Origin: an uncultured Veillonellaceae bacterium
Lineage (GTDB): Bacteria > Bacillota > Negativicutes > JARBTT01
Reading direction: 5' to 3'
Assembly (NCBI GenBank): GCA_963805085.1
Contig: CAWDTA010000001.1
Location: 64,001-128,000, forward strand
DNA length: 64,000 bases
The notes beneath the pieces were generated by a model that did no database searches, was not told the origin of the DNA, and saw only the letters and a list, made by a program, of their open reading frames with translations. Shown piece after piece: positions 59,873-64,000 of this stretch (the first letter of the stretch is position 1; each line of letters opens with the position of its first letter). The position numbers and the translations under genes were made by a program.

Positions 59873-60664
59873 ATGAAGAAAATAATATTTTTAGATGTTG
59901 ATGGGACTTTAATCGATGGCAGCAATGGAATGCGAGCGATGAGTCCAAGAACAAAAACGGCAATCAAAAAGGTACAAGAAGCAGGGCATTATGTGTTTAT
60001 TGCTTCGGGCAGACCCTATGCTTTTATTGATAAAGAATTGCTTTCATTTGGGTTTGATGGCTTTGTTTTTATGAATGGCGCAGCTGTCATGGTAGATAAT
60101 AAATTTATATATAAAAAAGCTTTGGATAAAAGTTTTATCATTCGTGCTATCGCGTTATTTGAAAAAAACAATATAGAGTACGTGCTACAAGGGGAAAAAG
60201 AAGTATATTTAAAACAAGAATATAAAAAATTACATCGTGATTTTGATGAGTATGGTATTTCTAAAAAATATTTTATTAGTGAGTATAATGTAGTAGATAT
60301 TGATATTTATAAAATGGAAATGATGTGTGAGGACGCTAAGGGACAAGAAATTTGTAAATCGTTAAGAAAAGATAATATGGAATATTTACAAGACCCTGCT
60401 AGGGGAATGAAATTTGAAATATATTCGAAAACAGAAAGTAAAGCGACGGGAATTTTAAAAGTCTTGCAACATTTAAAGATTCCTATTGAGAATAGTTATG
60501 CTTTTGGTGATGGAAAAAATGATATTGAAATGCTTACTACAGTAGGGTGTGGAATTGCGATGGGGAATGCGAGTGAGGTGGTCAAGCAATATGCAAATTA
60601 TGTGGTAGCTACGGTTCATCAAGATGGGGTAGCCGAAGGCTTGGTGAGATATGTTTTAGTATAG
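59873..60664 (+). CDS. Cof-type HAD hydrolase
   Basis: DVDGTL, ASGR, FGDGKND, AMGNA. Confidence 0.92.
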   Translation: MKKIIFLDVDGTLIDGSNGMRAMSPRTKTAIKKVQEAGHYVFIASGRPYAFIDKELLSFGFDGFVFMNGAAVMVDNKFIYKKALDKSFIIRAIALFEKNNIEYVLQGEKEVYLKQEYKKLHRDFDEYGISKKYFISEYNVVDIDIYKMEMMCEDAKGQEICKSLRKDNMEYLQDPARGMKFEIYSKTESKATGILKVLQHLKIPIENSYAFGDGKNDIEMLTTVGCGIAMGNASEVVKQYANYVVATVHQDGVAEGLVRYVLV

Positions 60665-60839
60665 CTTTTAAAAAGAGAATGCTATTTTTCTGAAAAAAGA
60701 ATAGATTCTCTCTTCTTTTTAAATAATGTTTGACTTTTTGACCTTTTGCTGTATAATAAAAATCAAAGAAAATTAGTAATAATTTCTTGTTGCTAGTGGA
60801 ATAATAAAAAAGTCTAAATGTGGGTAGGGAGGATTTCGT

Positions 60840-63416
60840 ATGGGACAAGAAAAATATACACAAAGGGTCATGGCGGTATTGCAAGATACACAGCAAATGG
60901 CGGCACTTTATTATCATCAAGAGATTACAAGTTGCCATCTTTTACTTGCCTTAACCAAGGAAAGTGAAGGACTATTATATACTATTTTTAGTGAGTGCAA
61001 TGTCGATGTCAATATGTTAAAGGCTAGACTAGAGCAATTGCTAAAAAAACAACCAAGTGTACGTGGAGAAAATTTAGGCATTCGTATGAATAATGCGATG
61101 TTTCGTGTGCTTGCTTTAGCGGAAAAAACAGCAACGGACATGAAGGATGACTATATTAGTACAGAGCATTTATTGCTTGCGGTAGTCGACGATGGCGATA
61201 GCGATGTCGTCGATGTATGTAAAGAATTTGGCTTAAATAAAAGTAAAATAAAATCAACGATTAAAACACATCGCAGGGAAAATGTAACAAGTGATAATCC
61301 CGAAGAAGGCTATAAAGCTTTAGAAAAATATGGTCGTGATTTAACTGAGCAAGCAAAAAAAGGCAAACTGGATCCAGTTATTGGTCGTGATGATGAAATT
61401 AGACGATCCATTGAGATTTTATCAAGACGAACAAAAAATAATCCGGTGTTAATTGGGGAGCCTGGTGTTGGTAAGACTGCAATTGTTGAAGGTTTAGCAA
61501 GAAGAATCGTTGCCGGTGACGTTCCAGAGTCTTTAAAAAATAAAACGCTATATTCGTTAGATTTGGGTTCGATGGTCGCTGGTTCTAAGTTCAGAGGTGA
61601 ATTTGAAGAACGTTTGAAATCAGTTCTGAACGAAATAGCAAAATCCGAAGGTAAGATATTACTTTTTATTGATGAGCTGCATACTGTTGTTGGTGCTGGG
61701 GCGGCGGAAGGTGCTATGGATGCTGGTAATATTTTAAAGCCGATGCTAGCGCGTGGCGAACTTCGTTGCATCGGAGCGACGACGTTAAATGAGTATCGCA
61801 AATACATTGAAAAAGATACAGCATTAGAGCGACGTTTCCAGCCAGTATTTGTTGGACAGCCAACCGTAGAAGATACGATTTCTATTTTACGCGGATTGAA
61901 GGAGCGTTATGAAGTGCATCACGGGGTAAGAATTCGTGATACGGCCTTGGTATCGGCAGCTATATTATCGGATCGCTATATTTCGGATCGGTTTTTGCCA
62001 GATAAGGCAATTGATTTAGTGGATGAAGCCGCAGCAAAACTTCGTACTGAAATAGAATCTATGCCAAGTCAACTGGATGATGTACTTAGAAGAATTATGC
62101 AGCTTGAAATTGAAGAGCAAGCGTTAAAGAAAGAAAGCGATGCTCCTTCGAAAGAAAAGCTGGCTAGTATCATAACAGAAAAAGAGGGGCTTCAAGCGGA
62201 AGCTGACAGTTTAAAAGCAAAATGGGAAGGTGAAAAACAGGCTATTTTGCGCGTGCGGGCCATCAAAAAAGAACTAGATGCAGTGAAAAGCGAAATGGAA
62301 ACAGCAGAGCGCGCTTATGATCTGAATCGTTTATCAGAATTGAAATATGGTAAATTGCCGGAGCTAGAGAAACAATTACAAACAGAGGAGCAAGAGCTAG
62401 GGCAAAATAAAAAGGATAACCAACTGCTCAAAGAAGAAGTTGGTGAGGAAGATATCGCCAAAGTAGTTAGTCGTTGGACAGGCATACCGGTCACAAAAAT
62501 GCTGACTGGTGAACGTGAAAAATTGGTTCATTTACAAGATATTTTACACGAGCGTGTCGTTGGTCAAGAGGAAGCGGTTCGCGTAGTGAGTGAAGCAATT
62601 ATTAGGGCAAGAGCAGGGATCAAAGATCCTAATCGCCCAATTGGTTCTTTTATATTTCTCGGGCCAACTGGCGTAGGTAAAACAGAGCTTGCTAAAGCAT
62701 TGGCGGAATGTTTGTTTGATGATGAGAGAAATATTATTCGCTTAGATATGAGTGAGTATATGGAAAAACATTCTGTAGCACGTTTGATCGGTGCACCTCC
62801 AGGCTATGTTGGTTATGATGAAGGCGGACAATTAACCGAAGCTGTACGTCGTCGTCCTTACAGTGTCATCTTGCTTGATGAAATTGAAAAAGCACATACG
62901 GATGTATTTAATGTTCTACTGCAAATATTGGATGATGGACATTTAACTGACAGTAAAGGTAGAACCGTAAATTTCAAAAATACAGTGATCATTATGACCT
63001 CTAATTTAGGTTCGCATGAAATATTACAAAAAGATTTTACTGAAGCTGAAAAAGCTGTACTTGATATATTAAAAGATTATTTCAGACCAGAATTCTTAAA
63101 CCGTCTGGACGATATTATTGTCTTCAAAGGATTGGCAAAAGAACAGGTCAAAGCAATCGCTGGCATCTTATTGACTTCATTGAGCAAACGGCTAGAACGC
63201 CAAGTTAAAATTAATTTAAAATGGGATGATGAAGTTTTAAGTTTACTTGCCGAGCAAGGGTATGATGCTGCTTATGGGGCAAGACCACTTAGAAGATTGC
63301 TAAGTCGTGTAGTAGAAACGGAACTTAGTAAAAAAATTATCAAAGGTGAAGTTGCCGAAGGTGATAGTGTTATATTATCAGTTGTTGATGATGCATTTGC
63401 CTTTCGTGTAGACTAG
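60840..63416 (+). CDS. clpB: ATP-dependent chaperone ClpB
   Basis: Two AAA modules ([16 protein letters not shown]) and coiled-coil M domain (LKYG). Confidence 0.97.
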   Translation: MGQEKYTQRVMAVLQDTQQMAALYYHQEITSCHLLLALTKESEGLLYTIFSECNVDVNMLKARLEQLLKKQPSVRGENLGIRMNNAMFRVLALAEKTATDMKDDYISTEHLLLAVVDDGDSDVVDVCKEFGLNKSKIKSTIKTHRRENVTSDNPEEGYKALEKYGRDLTEQAKKGKLDPVIGRDDEIRRSIEILSRRTKNNPVLIGEPGVGKTAIVEGLARRIVAGDVPESLKNKTLYSLDLGSMVAGSKFRGEFEERLKSVLNEIAKSEGKILLFIDELHTVVGAGAAEGAMDAGNILKPMLARGELRCIGATTLNEYRKYIEKDTALERRFQPVFVGQPTVEDTISILRGLKERYEVHHGVRIRDTALVSAAILSDRYISDRFLPDKAIDLVDEAAAKLRTEIESMPSQLDDVLRRIMQLEIEEQALKKESDAPSKEKLASIITEKEGLQAEADSLKAKWEGEKQAILRVRAIKKELDAVKSEMETAERAYDLNRLSELKYGKLPELEKQLQTEEQELGQNKKDNQLLKEEVGEEDIAKVVSRWTGIPVTKMLTGEREKLVHLQDILHERVVGQEEAVRVVSEAIIRARAGIKDPNRPIGSFIFLGPTGVGKTELAKALAECLFDDERNIIRLDMSEYMEKHSVARLIGAPPGYVGYDEGGQLTEAVRRRPYSVILLDEIEKAHTDVFNVLLQILDDGHLTDSKGRTVNFKNTVIIMTSNLGSHEILQKDFTEAEKAVLDILKDYFRPEFLNRLDDIIVFKGLAKEQVKAIAGILLTSLSKRLERQVKINLKWDDEVLSLLAEQGYDAAYGARPLRRLLSRVVETELSKKIIKGEVAEGDSVILSVVDDAFAFRVD

Positions 63417-63423
63417 CACAGTA

Positions 63424-63465
63424 AAAAGGAGCACGATTTCAAAATGAAATCGTGCTCCTTTTATT
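63424..63465. terminator. Bidirectional terminator
   Basis: aaaaggagcacgatttca/tgaaatcgtgctcctttt. Confidence 0.8.
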
Positions 63466-63476
63466 ATCCTTATAGA

Positions 63477-64000
63477 TTATGCTAGTAGACCACAAGCATA
63501 GCCGACAATACCAACTGCGAATAACCCGAAAATGATTAGTAGAGGATTCACGTTTTTCTTTAATAGATACATGCAAGCAAACGTTAATAATAAAGGTACA
63601 AGCCCAGGAATCAAGCTATCTAATACACTTTGAATCGTAGTCACAACTTCTTTTCCGTTCGCTGCTGTATATTTAGAAAGCACCATTGGCATATTAACAC
63701 TCGTCCATTTGGAAACCAATGCGCCCATAACTACAAGACCAAGTACGGCAGAACCTTCGGTAAGATATCTAAGTTTATTACCACCCATATCTGATACAAG
63801 TTGGGTGCCTTTTTCGTAACCATAGAAAACACCATACCAGTTTGTTGCCAGACGAATAATATTGAAACAAACGAAGAAAATTAATGGGCCAAGAATACTA
63901 CCGTTCAATGCAAAACCAGCGCCAAGTGCTGCGAGTACAGGACGTAATGTACCCCAGAATATAGGGTCACCAACACCGGCAAGAGGGCCCATAAGACCGA
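63477..64000 (-). CDS. manZ: PTS mannose-family EIID, C-terminal part (runs off window)
   Basis: MGPLAGVGDPIFWGTLRP. Confidence 0.92.
   Translation of the reverse strand, partial: GLMGPLAGVGDPIFWGTLRPVLAALGAGFALNGSILGPLIFFVCFNIIRLATNWYGVFYGYEKGTQLVSDMGGNKLRYLTEGSAVLGLVVMGALVSKWTSVNMPMVLSKYTAANGKEVVTTIQSVLDSLIPGLVPLLLTFACMYLLKKNVNPLLIIFGLFAVGIVGYACGLLA

Noticed and set aside
60729-60743. CtsR-like heptad pair (tttgact/tttgacc) at the clpB promoter
   Set aside because: Spacing is 1 nt rather than the canonical 3 nt; suggestive only.
1-64000. CRISPR arrays, tRNA/rRNA genes, prophage or defence systems
   Set aside because: No regularly spaced repeats, structural RNA signatures, or phage/defence proteins recognised.

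Overview
AT-rich chromosomal window, most likely from a spore-forming, diderm Firmicute (Negativicutes, Selenomonadales/Sporomusaceae-like). The inference rests on a TonB/ExbBD/TonB-dependent receptor set and ArnT-type genes sitting alongside ytaF and Firmicute riboswitches. In order, it contains: methylmalonyl-CoA mutase (mutA end, mutB, meaB); a corrinoid/iron-type uptake operon that also carries a TIM-barrel enzyme; an osmoprotectant ABC cassette surrounded by IS scars and a 133-bp palindromic repeat; a CHAP-like gene plus DsbA; a ~15-kb divalent-metal region (18.6-33.9 kb); then prx, a GltB-like FMN protein, bpsAB type III PKS, guaB, livK, ArnT-TCS-ArnT, a chemosensory operon, clpB and the end of manZ. 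There are two main candidates for something new. (1) A ferrosome(fez)-like cluster built around a 1674-aa tandem P-type ATPase (HMA_2 + P1B half + P2A half, two DKTGT motifs). It is accompanied by DUF5132-like and ferritin-like partners and an unannotated 50-aa membrane protein, and is bracketed by two ytaF/MntP paralogues. (2) A yybP-ykoY Mn2+ riboswitch with no sense gene downstream, pointing antisense into mntH, with sigma-K-like promoters on both transcripts. All family assignments come from motif recognition by eye; no searches were run.
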